Positions 10,239 through 21,593 of a stretch of DNA of 64,000 nucleotides are shown in pieces. Under the pieces are notes generated by a model that had not been told where the DNA came from, did no database searches, and saw only the letters and a list, made by a program, of their open reading frames with translations. Position 1 is the stretch's first letter. The number at the start of each line of letters is the position of its first letter. Source of the DNA: Williopsis jadinii (lineage: Eukaryota); NCBI GenBank assembly GCA_024346625.1, contig AP024667.1, forward strand, positions 124,001 through 188,000. The letters run 5' to 3'. Made by a program: the position numbers and the translations under genes.

Positions 10239-12128
10239 TCAGTTATACAAACGTCTATCCAGTTCACGCAAGACATTGGCAACACTTTGAACTTCAACCT
10301 GCATTCCTCTAGTAGTCAGTTTACCAACAAGGGTACTAAAATCAACAGAATGGAACCCTTTGTGTCTGCTCAGAGTCTTATAGGCATCTGCGCATGGAAT
10401 GTATATCCCCTTCCCTGCCTGTGAAGAATCTGTTGAATTGGCATTTTGATTCGAAATGACACCATCATTTGCAGATGACATCGCACCAACTTTTTGAACC
10501 ATGGAATTCAGCTCCTCATCCTGTACTGTAACCAATGGGGATGAAACCTTTGAAGAGTGTGTCGATACAGGTGGTGAAACTGGTGATCTATTCTCCTCTG
10601 AAATGCTTGACTTCGTGGTGGAATTTGAGCCAGTTTCCTCCCCTTCAGCTTTAGATGCAATTGTCGTACAAAACAACGTCGACATTGGATCCAACTGGCA
10701 CTGTGTACATGTACCAGGGTTACCTGTGCATCCAAGCTTCTTTTCTCCTGGCTCGCTTTGCTGTTGCCGTTGTGGTTGCTGTTCCGACGGTGGTCTTGTA
10801 ATCTCCACAGAGGGACCAGGGTGTAATACTGGCAATTTGTTTATCGAACTAACACTCGAGTGACGAGAAATCGGTGGTAAAGTCGATTCAGCCTTCATCA
10901 TCTGCATCGAAGCCTTCCTACTACTGTTTTGCAATTCAGTGATTGCATTTGCAGCTTCTTTAGCAGCCTCACGACAAACGCAGGGAGAATCATCAGAACA
11001 AAACCCACATTGCTCCATTGGAGATTCAAAGTCCCTATCCGTGATGTTTTCGAGTACTTTAGAGAACTCTCTGGATTCCTCATCGTTCGAGTTGGCCTGT
11101 TGTCGCTCTTGTTTGATTCTTTTGAACTTTGGCATAGGTTTTGGTTTGCCCTTTGCAAACTTGGCTGTGTAGTCAACTTCGACAAAGTCCTCTTGCTTGC
11201 GCTTTAACGACACGGCAGCCATTGGCTTGAACGACTCAAACTGTTTCTGTTGATGGTGATGGTGATCCATAGATAGCCTTGGAGGTTCAGTTCTAAGACC
11301 AACTTTGGCACAGATACAATCATCCTTTTCACATGCTCCACAATCATCCAGATCGCTTGATAGCGAAGTCTTTGTAGAGGGCTGTGATTCCATAGGAGAC
11401 CGTGTGGACTCGGTCGGTGACGGATTCGACGCCGGCTGGATTGATTGACCAGGTTGTGAGACGATGCCATTCCCTTGTGATGGCTGTCTTTGTTGTTGCT
11501 GGAGTTGCTGTTGCTGGAGTTGCTGACGTTGCTGGGGTTGCTGTTGCTGAGGAAACCTGTATTCCTGATTCACACCTTGTGAAGGCTTGAAGTAGTTCAA
11601 TGGAGAAGGTGCACTCACAGTCCCATTGGAGTAAACAGCTGGAGAAGGTGCACTGCTTGAAGATATGTTGTTCGGTGTTGAGGCTGCTTGTGCCTGTACT
11701 GTCTGCTTCAGAGATGCAAAGTCGGCCTTCATGTCGCTCAGAGCCTTCATCAGGTACTTGTTCTCCATCTGCAATTTCCCCAGGGTATTCTTATAGTTCA
11801 TCTCCTTCACCTCCTTGTCCTTCTCCACCTCGCTGAGCTTGGCCTCCAGCTCAGCAACCCTTGTGGCCCTTCTCTCCCTAAAGGCCCTCTGCGCAGCCCG
11901 GTTCTGAGCCTTGCGCTTCGTAGCAGGCGTGTCTGCGCTTGGTTTCCTGCCAGGCTTGGGCCTTGGGGGCAATACCCACTCCTTGGACGTTACAATCTTC
12001 GTTATGGGCTGCTGAGCCAGCGGTTTCAGCGCAACGTTGCCCGTACTACCACCATGACCTGGTGTTGGCCCCGTTACCGGCGATGGAACATTTGATCCCG
12101 GCGATGGCGCGATTGGTGTAGTAGCCAT
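10239..12128 (-). CDS. HAP43: HapX/Hap43 iron-responsive bZIP transcription factor
   Basis: Hap4-like motif KEWVLPPRPKPGRKP, bZIP KRKAQNRAAQRAFRERR, and Cys-rich domains CGACEKDDCIC, CGFCSDDSPCVC and GCTGNPGTCTQC. Confidence 0.92.
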   Translation of the reverse strand: MATTPIAPSPGSNVPSPVTGPTPGHGGSTGNVALKPLAQQPITKIVTSKEWVLPPRPKPGRKPSADTPATKRKAQNRAAQRAFRERRATRVAELEAKLSEVEKDKEVKEMNYKNTLGKLQMENKYLMKALSDMKADFASLKQTVQAQAASTPNNISSSSAPSPAVYSNGTVSAPSPLNYFKPSQGVNQEYRFPQQQQPQQRQQLQQQQLQQQQRQPSQGNGIVSQPGQSIQPASNPSPTESTRSPMESQPSTKTSLSSDLDDCGACEKDDCICAKVGLRTEPPRLSMDHHHHQQKQFESFKPMAAVSLKRKQEDFVEVDYTAKFAKGKPKPMPKFKRIKQERQQANSNDEESREFSKVLENITDRDFESPMEQCGFCSDDSPCVCREAAKEAANAITELQNSSRKASMQMMKAESTLPPISRHSSVSSINKLPVLHPGPSVEITRPPSEQQPQRQQQSEPGEKKLGCTGNPGTCTQCQLDPMSTLFCTTIASKAEGEETGSNSTTKSSISEENRSPVSPPVSTHSSKVSSPLVTVQDEELNSMVQKVGAMSSANDGVISNQNANSTDSSQAGKGIYIPCADAYKTLSRHKGFHSVDFSTLVGKLTTRGMQVEVQSVANVLRELDRRLYN

Positions 12129-12685
12129 ATCTCTCTCTCTCTCTGCCTAGCGTGCTTTCTCCTCAAGCTCCGTTGGTCTGACCAGCCTTTTTCCAATGAA
12201 AACCTCTTGTGATGAGCTGCTAGACACACAGTGATGGCAAACTGTGCACTGCTAAAACTTTTTCTATTAATTATGCGGTGTTTGCCGTATAATTCGTATG
12301 CTTAACCAAGCGGGCAGAGCAAAAAAAAAATGGGTGTGAAATTTCGGCCTCCCTTAAGCTGGCCCCTATTCGTTTTTGCCTTTATGGGCCACTACCTTCT
12401 GTTCGGAATCCCTTTGGAATGTGCTGCTGTTGGTGAAGAAGCCAAATAGTCGCTGTTTACCACAGTTGTTTGCCCTGAGCAGGTGAGTTTCTGGTTCCTG
12501 TTTCCTTTCCAAGCAGAAGGTGATGTGGTGAAGAGGAAATCTAACCAATCAACAAATGTGTCTTTTGTTGCGGAAGAGAGCCGGAGGAAAAAAGTTATCT
12601 GAAAAATCTCTGACAACCCGGGCGCGTGTGGTGTTTTTTTATCTTTTCGATCTTGGGCGGTGGAGAGGGTTACCCGGAGCTGGGA

Positions 12686-12728
12686 ACACCCGGACACCAA
12701 CACCCGGACATATGTGCACCCGGACACC
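12686..12728 (+). promoter_or_regulatory. Triple CACCCGGACA motif (Rap1-like; one copy also matches the Aft-type TGCACCC)
   Basis: ACACCCGGACACC (12686), ACACCCGGACAT (12700) and GCACCCGGACACC (12716) lie in the HAP43/PET127 divergent promoter. Confidence 0.5.
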
Positions 12729-12813
12729 AACATACCCGATGAGCTCTTCGAGACGTAAATCTCTACTGCTCTGACCCATTCCCCTTCCCATTCTCCGTCT
12801 TGAAGCACTGTCC

Positions 12814-14787
12814 ATGAGGTTTCTCAGGTTTAAACATTCATCCTCGGTCCCAGAGAAACTCGAAAGCATAGTTGCAAAGGGGTTTGAACGGCTTTCCAAA
12901 TCCTTAGCGCGTGGTTCGAATACCCAAGTACATGGGAACCGTTCAACCACTTCAACCACAGCGTCGAATAACGGTAAACGCCATTCCAGTCGGCGTGGAA
13001 CCCACGATTCCGATAGACGACTTCCACATGACCTCAGGCTGGACCATGGAAATGGAAGATATGGATTCTTCAGGCCGAGTTCCCAGCCGATGGAGTTTGA
13101 TTCCATAGCCAAATCATCAACGCTTTACCAAGGGACAATGGACGCACAAGGCCAGTTCCAATATACCACATTACAAGTGCCAGGCCAATCAGATATCCCT
13201 AAACTACAACATAAGCTCTCAAGAGTGCTGTTCTCCCCTGGTGTACATTATCTACAAGATCCACGAACCCAGGTTTACAATTTCAACCCATATCTACAGG
13301 ATATCATGCCAGTGGATCAGTTTGACTTCGATGCCATTTCCACTTTTGTTACTGCTTCTAAAGATGAGACATTGACCGCATTGGCACAAGCAAACGGTTT
13401 GAAGTACTATGCATCGACAAGTTCGATGACTGGTGCCCTATCTCAATTGCATTTTCTGTTATCAAATTTCAGACCAGTGAGTCTGCTGGATTTCTCAAGG
13501 CAGCAGCCTGAAACTTTGGGCAAGATGACCAAAGGTGCTAGACTACCTGCGACTATGATACTGAGAAACCGTAATGGCTGTTATGCCATAGATTCTGACA
13601 AATCAAGCGATCGTGAAATTGTACTGTCATTATTAGGACATTCATTGGAGAGGTTCCTTACAAAGACTCCTCAAGAGTATGAATTATACAAGAAAAGACC
13701 ACAGGAGAGAATGGAAAAGATCAAAGAGGTCAATACTTATCATTATGCCAAGTCTGGTCCATTTCTAATGCGTTCACAGTTGGATTGCCATGACGACCGT
13801 CTACTGGGGACCGGGACATTTGATCTAAAGACAAGGGCAGTTGCAGCTGTTCGTCATGACCTGGCTCATGTGGAGAAGAATCTCACAGGATACTCCATTG
13901 TGAAGACAAAGGGAAGGTTCGAATCGTTCGAAAGAGAGCTATTAGAATTGTCACGGTCAACGATGCTCAAATACTCGTTACAGGCCAGAATAGGTAATAT
14001 GGATGGTATTTTCATAGCATACCATAACATATCGAAGATGTTTGGATTCCAATACTTACCGTTGAGTAAGATGGATGAAATATTACACTCTTTTGGTCTT
14101 CCTGCAATCGATTACATGGATCAAAAGAGGTCGTTGAATGATACGGTGGAGAATCTATCTACAAAGATGGCCAATGAAGAGTTTATCCTGTCCCTGGAAA
14201 TTTGGGATAAAGTTCTCAGTTATATAACCAAAGAGCTACCCAACACTTCGTTCAGATTGATCATGCACACTGTACCTATCTCCAAGTTTGAAAGCAAATT
14301 GAGAGTCATAGCCAGCAGAATTTCAGACGAAGAAGTTGAGACGTTACAGAAATCAGGTGAAAAGCTTCAAAAATTACTCGCAAACGCATCCACTGAAGAA
14401 CACAGTGAGATTGTTCGTTACCATGTGAAGGAGATTATGAAGTTGAACCAGTCTTTGCGCCATTCCCCGGTTGGTATTGAAGTGCAAGTTAAATCCACGA
14501 TCAACGACATCGTCATCCGTGAACGCCATCCCGTCTTCGAACACATGGATGATTGCTGGAAAGTCGGTGTCAAACTCACACAGATGAATACCGCAGAGGC
14601 CATTGAAGTCTACAATGCTTGCCTGAGTGAAAAGATGAACATTTTGATGAACCAAACTCTCTTAAAGACCGACGAGGACGCATCGTCGTTAATGAAAGTG
14701 TTGAGGCTACTTGGAGAGAATAGAATGCATGAGGATAAGAATACAACAGCTACTGCAAAGGGGAAAGTCATTTGGAATGACGAATGA
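12814..14787 (+). CDS. PET127: Mitochondrial RNA 5'-processing exoribonuclease Pet127
   Basis: LSRVLFSPGVHYLQDPRTQVYNF, FLMRSQLDCHD, GTGTFDLKTRA and KYSLQARIGNMDGIFIAYHN; basic N-terminal presequence. Confidence 0.93.
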   Translation: MRFLRFKHSSSVPEKLESIVAKGFERLSKSLARGSNTQVHGNRSTTSTTASNNGKRHSSRRGTHDSDRRLPHDLRLDHGNGRYGFFRPSSQPMEFDSIAKSSTLYQGTMDAQGQFQYTTLQVPGQSDIPKLQHKLSRVLFSPGVHYLQDPRTQVYNFNPYLQDIMPVDQFDFDAISTFVTASKDETLTALAQANGLKYYASTSSMTGALSQLHFLLSNFRPVSLLDFSRQQPETLGKMTKGARLPATMILRNRNGCYAIDSDKSSDREIVLSLLGHSLERFLTKTPQEYELYKKRPQERMEKIKEVNTYHYAKSGPFLMRSQLDCHDDRLLGTGTFDLKTRAVAAVRHDLAHVEKNLTGYSIVKTKGRFESFERELLELSRSTMLKYSLQARIGNMDGIFIAYHNISKMFGFQYLPLSKMDEILHSFGLPAIDYMDQKRSLNDTVENLSTKMANEEFILSLEIWDKVLSYITKELPNTSFRLIMHTVPISKFESKLRVIASRISDEEVETLQKSGEKLQKLLANASTEEHSEIVRYHVKEIMKLNQSLRHSPVGIEVQVKSTINDIVIRERHPVFEHMDDCWKVGVKLTQMNTAEAIEVYNACLSEKMNILMNQTLLKTDEDASSLMKVLRLLGENRMHEDKNTTATAKGKVIWNDE

Positions 14788-14852
14788 ATATTTATATATG
14801 CTGAGAAAACGTTTATGTACATAGTTTTTATATACACTATCTATAAAGAGGG

Positions 14853-15767
14853 CTAGACATGTGTCACTGCTGATTGAAGATCCCTCATCTCCAGAGACTC
14901 TTGCTCTGGCTCATAGTAATACTTGAAATAGACGTACTGGAAAGCAATGTAAAAATCCAACGACATTTGGAAAACAGCAAAGATTAGAAATATAGCACTG
15001 ATGTTCTTTGCACCGTACATTAGGTAACTAATCTTTGTGAAGTCACCGCACAGCCATGAAACCAGGAGAATCATCTTGAACCCTTCAACTGATTTGAGGT
15101 TATTCAACAACAAGATTTGAGGTAGAGGCAATAGAGACTCAACGAATAGTCCAACGGTTCCCAAGACACCACCAAACATCGTGGACTTTTGCATCAATAA
15201 TGTCAAGATAGTTATCACAGCCCAAAATTTCATTAGAAACCCCCAATATGGGGTTTCTGAGTTCCATTGCCAGAATTTTTTATATCTTCTAAAACTTGGA
15301 TCAAAATACCGTACAAAGTGTACAAATAACGTAACAAACACCTCTCGGGTAAATACGGGAGCTGTTTGTAAGTTCAGCTCCTTGGTTGTGTATTCTATCC
15401 ACAGGTTTTTCAAATCATTTGTCAATGGCGGACCTTGAACCAGGATATCTGCATCATAACTTCTTGGTCGGTATATTAGGCTCACTTTGAGTAAAAGCAC
15501 TTGGATAACAACCATCACTATGCTCTGTCGGAGCAACGCAATCTCATAGGGGATGATGAAGTAGTACGCAATTCTAAGCGTCGACGCAATAATCATTGTA
15601 GCGCATATGTCAATACTGAACCCGAGAGACGACTCTTTCCTGTAAATTGAGAGGATCGTGGAGCCGTACGAGAACAGCGGAGTAAAACTGATAAAGTTAC
15701 CAGCAATGATTTCCACCGAGAGCCATTCTGGTAAGTAGAATTGGTTTATCTTATCTGTGAGTGACAT
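14853..15767 (-). CDS. ANY1: PQ-loop membrane protein (Any1/Cfs1-like)
   Basis: TPLFSYG, GFSIDICATMIIASTLRI, ESLLPLPQILL and SWLCGD motifs; multiple TM segments. Confidence 0.85.
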   Translation of the reverse strand: MSLTDKINQFYLPEWLSVEIIAGNFISFTPLFSYGSTILSIYRKESSLGFSIDICATMIIASTLRIAYYFIIPYEIALLRQSIVMVVIQVLLLKVSLIYRPRSYDADILVQGPPLTNDLKNLWIEYTTKELNLQTAPVFTREVFVTLFVHFVRYFDPSFRRYKKFWQWNSETPYWGFLMKFWAVITILTLLMQKSTMFGGVLGTVGLFVESLLPLPQILLLNNLKSVEGFKMILLVSWLCGDFTKISYLMYGAKNISAIFLIFAVFQMSLDFYIAFQYVYFKYYYEPEQESLEMRDLQSAVTHV

Positions 15768-16190
15768 TAAATGATGTTTATGAAGTTATCCACAATATTC
15801 GGAAGGTGGCGGTGGTGTTCTTATGCTAAAGGGCAAATATGCTAGGATTTGTTTTCGTTTTTGGATTTCCCGTTCATTTGTCCCAAATTGTTCTACGAAA
15901 CGCGATGAGGCTTGCGTTCTGTTTTTGTTTGTAGGCTTGTGGACAAATCAGTGGAGGACTGATCGTTTAACTTAATGTCCAGTGTGTGTGTTTTTCTTTT
16001 TTTGGCAAGTGCAGCGCACACCAAGAATGTTAAATAATCATGAAAGTCTCGGTTAATTTCACTACCTGTCAAGGTTGACTCTATCCATTGACGCATCTAG
16101 AGCTAAAACTCAAATACGTCTCGATTTGATTTTTCTATATGTCTTGTACACCTATGAACTCCGGACATGTACGCAGGTGGTACTAAAAGT

Positions 16191-17315
16191 TTAAGCGGTA
16201 CGTTTGTCTGATGGTCCCTGATCATCTGTAAATGAGGACATCTCAACTTCACCGCGTTCTGTGGCCAGGGGCTTTGCAGGTGGCCTTGATCCATACGAGT
16301 AGAGAAAGGCGCCGATAAACACGAGTGCGGCACCAAAGGATCCGGTGACACTTAGACGGTTGTTAAACAGCATCATACTCAGCAGCAGGGACACAAACTT
16401 TCTCAACAACAGCACAACGGCAACAGTCAACGCTGTCGTACTACCAGCAAGCATATTGGCACCACGGACACAGAAAAACTGGGTGAGGACGTTGAGCAAA
16501 AGGTATGCAATCTGCTGTGGAATATGGAACAAGCCCAAGATGTCAAACGTCTCTGGGTACTCCAGCAAACCTTTGAACTCTGAAACGATACGGGTGGAGA
16601 CAAATAAGAAAATTGGCAACCCCAAGAGATGAGAGTAGAAGACGTTCTCTTGCCAATGCTTACCATAAAGTCTATATGTCTCCTCGTTGTATAATCCCAT
16701 TAAAGCCATTAAAATAGCTGAGATGAAAAGGACACCGATACCTGTGAGGAAGAACAAATCATCTGTGATCAAGCTGAAGAACCCCTTGCTAGCTTCCTCG
16801 GCAGGGTCCACAATCTCGCTTCTCTTCATGAACAACTCCTTGTCTTTGTATAGAGTTGTAATGATAGCGCCAAGCGTCAGTAGCACTGCACTAAATATCT
16901 GAGTCCAGTTGTACCTCTTGCCAGCAACAAGATACCCAATCACCATCACCACAGCGGCCCCCGAAGATCTAAAGATGAGATGAATAGGCACCGAAACGTT
17001 GAAATTGAATGCAACGTTGTTCAACAGGGAAATCAAAAAGAACATGATGATCGTGACAGACCATCTCTTGAAGGGAACTTGGTTCTGTTTGAGGTAGAAG
17101 GGAGGTCTGGTCTTATCGAAGAAGTGGATGTAACCTTCCATGGCAATAAACAAGAACTGTGTAAATGTGACAACTGTTCCAGCATCCTTGTTGTGGGTAA
17201 CAATCTTTTCAAGTGTGAACATGTTGGAACAGCATCCTCCAAAGATCAGCGCAATGACAGTAATCCATTCCTTGATCGCCAGCTGAGACACAGCACTTGC
17301 TTTTGACTGAGACAT
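16191..17315 (-). CDS. YEA4: UDP-N-acetylglucosamine transporter
   Basis: IFGGCCSN, SVPIHLIFRS, YGKHWQENVFYSH and RKFVSLLLS are motifs of the SLC35B4/Yea4 family. Confidence 0.9.
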   Translation of the reverse strand: MSQSKASAVSQLAIKEWITVIALIFGGCCSNMFTLEKIVTHNKDAGTVVTFTQFLFIAMEGYIHFFDKTRPPFYLKQNQVPFKRWSVTIIMFFLISLLNNVAFNFNVSVPIHLIFRSSGAAVVMVIGYLVAGKRYNWTQIFSAVLLTLGAIITTLYKDKELFMKRSEIVDPAEEASKGFFSLITDDLFFLTGIGVLFISAILMALMGLYNEETYRLYGKHWQENVFYSHLLGLPIFLFVSTRIVSEFKGLLEYPETFDILGLFHIPQQIAYLLLNVLTQFFCVRGANMLAGSTTALTVAVVLLLRKFVSLLLSMMLFNNRLSVTGSFGAALVFIGAFLYSYGSRPPAKPLATERGEVEMSSFTDDQGPSDKRTA

Positions 17316-17619
17316 TGGCCCGAGGTGTCTTTGTTCTTCTTGTTGTCCCGGGTTTTAAATGACACCAAGTCGATAAAGTTAAAATGTCTTGTCTGGTTTG
17401 TCCCTTTTTTGTCCTCGTGTTTTTTTTCTTCCGTTGATGTGCAACCTTGTGCGAGAACTACACGCTCAGATTCAGGCGGTCGGTTTGGGTATTGGACACA
17501 CGCTAATTTCATGATTCAAATTGAACGAAAGGCGGACAAAAGAAGAATGCATGTTGTGCATCAAATTATACCTCTGTTTGGTTTACTAAATACAGATATT
17601 TATATCGACGGTGTGTGGT

Positions 17620-19695
17620 TTATTCCTTCTTCGCATCCGGAATCCCAAGAATCCCACGGTTATCTTTCAGTTTTCTTCTAAAGTGCAGATGGAACAGTTT
17701 CCATCTTGGTCTCTTGAAGATGAAAACCAACAACACAATCACTGAAAATACCGTCCATCTGTTGAAGATTGTTTCCAGTAAGCTATCTGCCCATCTTAAG
17801 CTTGGTCCAAACAAAGAATGGCGTTTGACGGCACGTAGTTTACCATTTGTAAGACCACGCAGAGTAGTTAGAGTGTGGGTCAAGGGCGTTCTCGATACTC
17901 TGACGTTCAGTGGCTCACCATGAGAATCCTCTTCGTAATAGACCTCTCTGATCATATCAATTATAATGACATCTCCAGCTTCGTGTTCGATCTCGTTGAC
18001 GTTGCACCCAATCGTCTGGATGAACTCCTTGTGCTTGTTCAAGTCGAGCCAGCCAAGGGTGAGATCACCCCCTTGTTCATAAGGGATTGCTCTTGCCTCC
18101 ATATCATTGATCTTTCTAGGAGAGGCTTTGTTGGCTTTCAGCTTTGTCAAAGCTTCTTCCTTCTTCTTACGCGCAGCCTCCACTTTATGGAATCGATCTT
18201 CATCTTTCAAAGTTGTATATTCATGAGCACCCACAAGAAATTCTTTTTGATATTGAAGGTTAGCGTCATCATTCGTGGTTGGGTCCAACAGCAAAAGAGC
18301 AAAATATTCATTATGATCTGGTCCATTGACAAAGGCCCTATATGTATCGCTGTTGAATTCCATATATGGAGGAGCAGATTGGTCATTGATCCAGTCAATT
18401 ACCCTATACTGGTCCCTTATGTCACTTGGTGCAAAACTCTGGAACACTTTAGGCATTTGTAAGACATTCTGAAATGCGATGAGCGTTGGTAGAGTGGTAG
18501 CAAGTTCAAATTCAATTCTATCATCTCCAGGTATAACATCAGATGGATCATCAGGTGCAGCCCTGGTGAAATCTTTCTTATCTTCAAACAGCCTATAAAC
18601 ACCTTTCTTCTGAACTCTAGCCAAGTTCATTAACCTTGAATCGTTGCTCTTGTAGAGGCGAACAGTTGGTAGTTTTGATAGAGGTTCTATCAAATAAGGC
18701 AAGAGATCCCAATCCTCCTGTGTTGTCGTGAGGTCGTCGTAGTAGTACACTATACTAGTTTCGGCTTCAGTGGGGAAATCGAACAATCCTGGTAAGCGGG
18801 ATGGAATCTTTTCAACCATGCTGGTGATATCAACGTAAGGTGGATTGGCAGCTTGTAAAGTTCTTTCTGCAAAATCCCTGATATCCTTGACACTAAAGTC
18901 GAATTTATCTTCGTCAAGCTTGATGAACTGGGCAATTGGCATGTTTGGTAACATGATGGCAACATGTGGCTTTTGCAAATCAAACCCCAATTCAGTACAT
19001 ATCTTCCTATTGTTCAAACAGTTGAAATGGCCTGCATTGAAACCAAGTGTCTCCACTTGGTTCGAAACAACAGCCCACGTTCTTTGTAGATCTACGCACA
19101 GCTCATCAAATGGCGTATCGTACTTGTCAATTTCGTACTTGTCGAGGTCCTCTAGGGTGTAACTTGGCCAGAACGAAACCAAATATGGGTTTTCGTGTTC
19201 ATTTCCCAACAGTTCAATCATCTGGTCTGTTGACAACAATTTTGATTTGGACTTCACTTGGAAGTTTGCATCGCCATGTTTAGCAGCACTATCACGCATG
19301 AACTTGATGAACGCCTCTTTCTTACGCTTTGCTGTTCTTGGATAGTCCTTGATGTAACCATCTGGTCCGTATAACTTCAGTGATGGATAACCAGTGATCT
19401 TGTGCTCATTACAGAGATCACCACTAGCAACACAGTCAACTTGGGCCATCCCTATTCCTAAGTTCTCGCCCTCTTCGTGAAATACCTCCCATGTCTTCTC
19501 CCAAACAGGTGCCAAATGTTTACAATGGACACAATAGGGTGAAAAGAACTCCACCAGGTGCAATCCATGGCTCAACCTAGGCTTGAATGTGTCCGCAGTT
19601 AAGGGAGCAGGGAAACCTGCAGGTTGGTCTTCCTCTGCTGATACAACTGCGTTGAGTATCACCAAAAGGTGTATCAGAGCAGTACGTATAAACAT
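17620..19695 (-). CDS. EPS1: ER membrane PDI-family thioredoxin protein
   Basis: Signal peptide, HLVEFFSPYCVHCKHLAPVW, C-terminal TM helix and lysine-rich tail. Confidence 0.88.
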   Translation of the reverse strand: MFIRTALIHLLVILNAVVSAEEDQPAGFPAPLTADTFKPRLSHGLHLVEFFSPYCVHCKHLAPVWEKTWEVFHEEGENLGIGMAQVDCVASGDLCNEHKITGYPSLKLYGPDGYIKDYPRTAKRKKEAFIKFMRDSAAKHGDANFQVKSKSKLLSTDQMIELLGNEHENPYLVSFWPSYTLEDLDKYEIDKYDTPFDELCVDLQRTWAVVSNQVETLGFNAGHFNCLNNRKICTELGFDLQKPHVAIMLPNMPIAQFIKLDEDKFDFSVKDIRDFAERTLQAANPPYVDITSMVEKIPSRLPGLFDFPTEAETSIVYYYDDLTTTQEDWDLLPYLIEPLSKLPTVRLYKSNDSRLMNLARVQKKGVYRLFEDKKDFTRAAPDDPSDVIPGDDRIEFELATTLPTLIAFQNVLQMPKVFQSFAPSDIRDQYRVIDWINDQSAPPYMEFNSDTYRAFVNGPDHNEYFALLLLDPTTNDDANLQYQKEFLVGAHEYTTLKDEDRFHKVEAARKKKEEALTKLKANKASPRKINDMEARAIPYEQGGDLTLGWLDLNKHKEFIQTIGCNVNEIEHEAGDVIIIDMIREVYYEEDSHGEPLNVRVSRTPLTHTLTTLRGLTNGKLRAVKRHSLFGPSLRWADSLLETIFNRWTVFSVIVLLVFIFKRPRWKLFHLHFRRKLKDNRGILGIPDAKKE

Positions 19696-21457
19696 TCCTC
19701 ACAATTGTACTATAGCCAAAGGTGTAAGCAAGAAAAAAAAAACTTTAAAGGTGATTAGTGTGAAGTTCTGAACACTTGTACAGTTCAAGCTTTGTTTTTT
19801 TCGGGGTTTCTTCACCCAAATTTTCCGGCATATGAACATTTGTCTCGGGGGTTTATTTGCTCGATATCGTAAAACCTTCCAGGACCATCTTGCGTTCGCT
19901 CTGTCCTGGTTCTTGTGCGTCATGGTCGAGATTACGACCAAGGGAAAATGAATGGCCCACAGATCATGTTCCGTTGAATTCTCAAGAGACAAAGAGAACT
20001 ATCAACTCTAATTGTTGGAGATGATTCTCTTTCAGGTGAACATAGGTGCTTACTTCTGTACGTCACCACGCCTGAATTTTTGACAACGGGTGTTTAGGTG
20101 AATTTAGACACATTCCGTGGTTGCATAGAGCATTCATAAAAGTCGTCTAGGGTCTAAGTCACTAAAGGCACGTTGCTTATATAACCATCGACTGGTGAAG
20201 CATATCTTTGGGACGTTCCAGGTTATTTCTGATATAAGCATTGCTTCAGAAACCATTCATGGGCCGGCGTCTAATCCACCTAGGATTGTCCAAGTAGGTT
20301 GAACCAACAACCCCTCCTTCGAAAACGCCGCAAACTTACAGCAAATCCAGCTGAGTGGCACATGGGTTGTTTAAGAATACGCTGGAGATTACAGTTTTCT
20401 ACTCAAGATTTTTACGCGTTGTTATGGCGATGACTTACCACACATCTGTTTCTGTGGTGACATGACTTCATAGCTCGTAATGAAACAAGTTGCGTTGTAA
20501 CTTGAACGGTTCGAAGATTGACGAATTTGATCCACGGATCGTGACTTGAGCTTTCCAGCCCTTATGACTCATATTTATTACATGTGTGCAAGCTCAGGGT
20601 TAGTTAATCTCATAAAAAAATCTGGAGACCGAACAGCGGGATAAGTAAACATCGTCATTAACAACACGAACCCTTGTGGGCCCTTACATCGTCGATGAGC
20701 ACAAATCTAACGACGTACGTAGGGTTGTAACTCTCTATCAGTATTTGTTTTAAGGTTGTTTCAGTTGAGACGGTGCATCATTGCTGATCACATTAGTTGC
20801 CTTTTAAGGTATGTTCTGGTATTTGGTGTGTAATTACCATGTATACCTTGACCTTATTCATTAACATTCATGGGGAGTTTTCACCGTCAATAATCACTGA
20901 ACCTTGATCCATTGTGTATTCCAAATGTTAATTACGAAAACAGTTTGGTTACAGATTCGCAACAACACTGAGACAAATCATCTCAAAGGGGTAAAATATC
21001 ATGTGTTTGGGACCATACCAGCACCTATTGCTATTCTCGTGACTGGTTTTTAGCTGCCTTATTACTGCCTATGGGTTCTAGTCTAGCAAAAAAAAAAAAA
21101 CACTATTGAATTCTGCTCCTTGATGATACCTCAAATTATCGAAATATACACTTATTCATAACTAGATATCTGATGTTTCACCACTTGTCGACTCATGCGT
21201 ATTCCTATTAGAATAATAGCTGATGTTAATCCCCTCCACCATGCCCACTTTCTAGCCACGTATTCCGTGTCAAGTCTATGACGAAAAATGTCCAGGCGCG
21301 GCGTTTCCTATATATCGCTGTTATGGTCGGACCCTACTTTGGAATGGACCTCAGTACAGCGGTTCTACGTTGATAAATATTCAGACCACAAGTTAATTAA
21401 GCATAATTAGCTCTGAGTGAAGGGGAGCTAAGGCTTGACTATAGTTTAGTTTAACTG

Positions 21458-21593
21458 AAACTTTACTACTGGAACTTATACGCTGTTCGGACTCAGGTAT
21501 GCATATTCTTTCACGACTTGAAACCATACGCATTGTGAAACTTTAATATCTATGTCTCATCAGAAACTTTAGCGGCATAGTGTTTGTAAAGTT
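21458..21593. promoter_or_regulatory. Cluster of Wor1/Mit1-type sites (AAACTTTA / TAAAGTT)
   Basis: AAACTTTA at 21458 and 21564, AAACTTTAA at 21538 (reverse complement TTAAAGTTT), and TAAAGTT at 21587. Confidence 0.4.
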
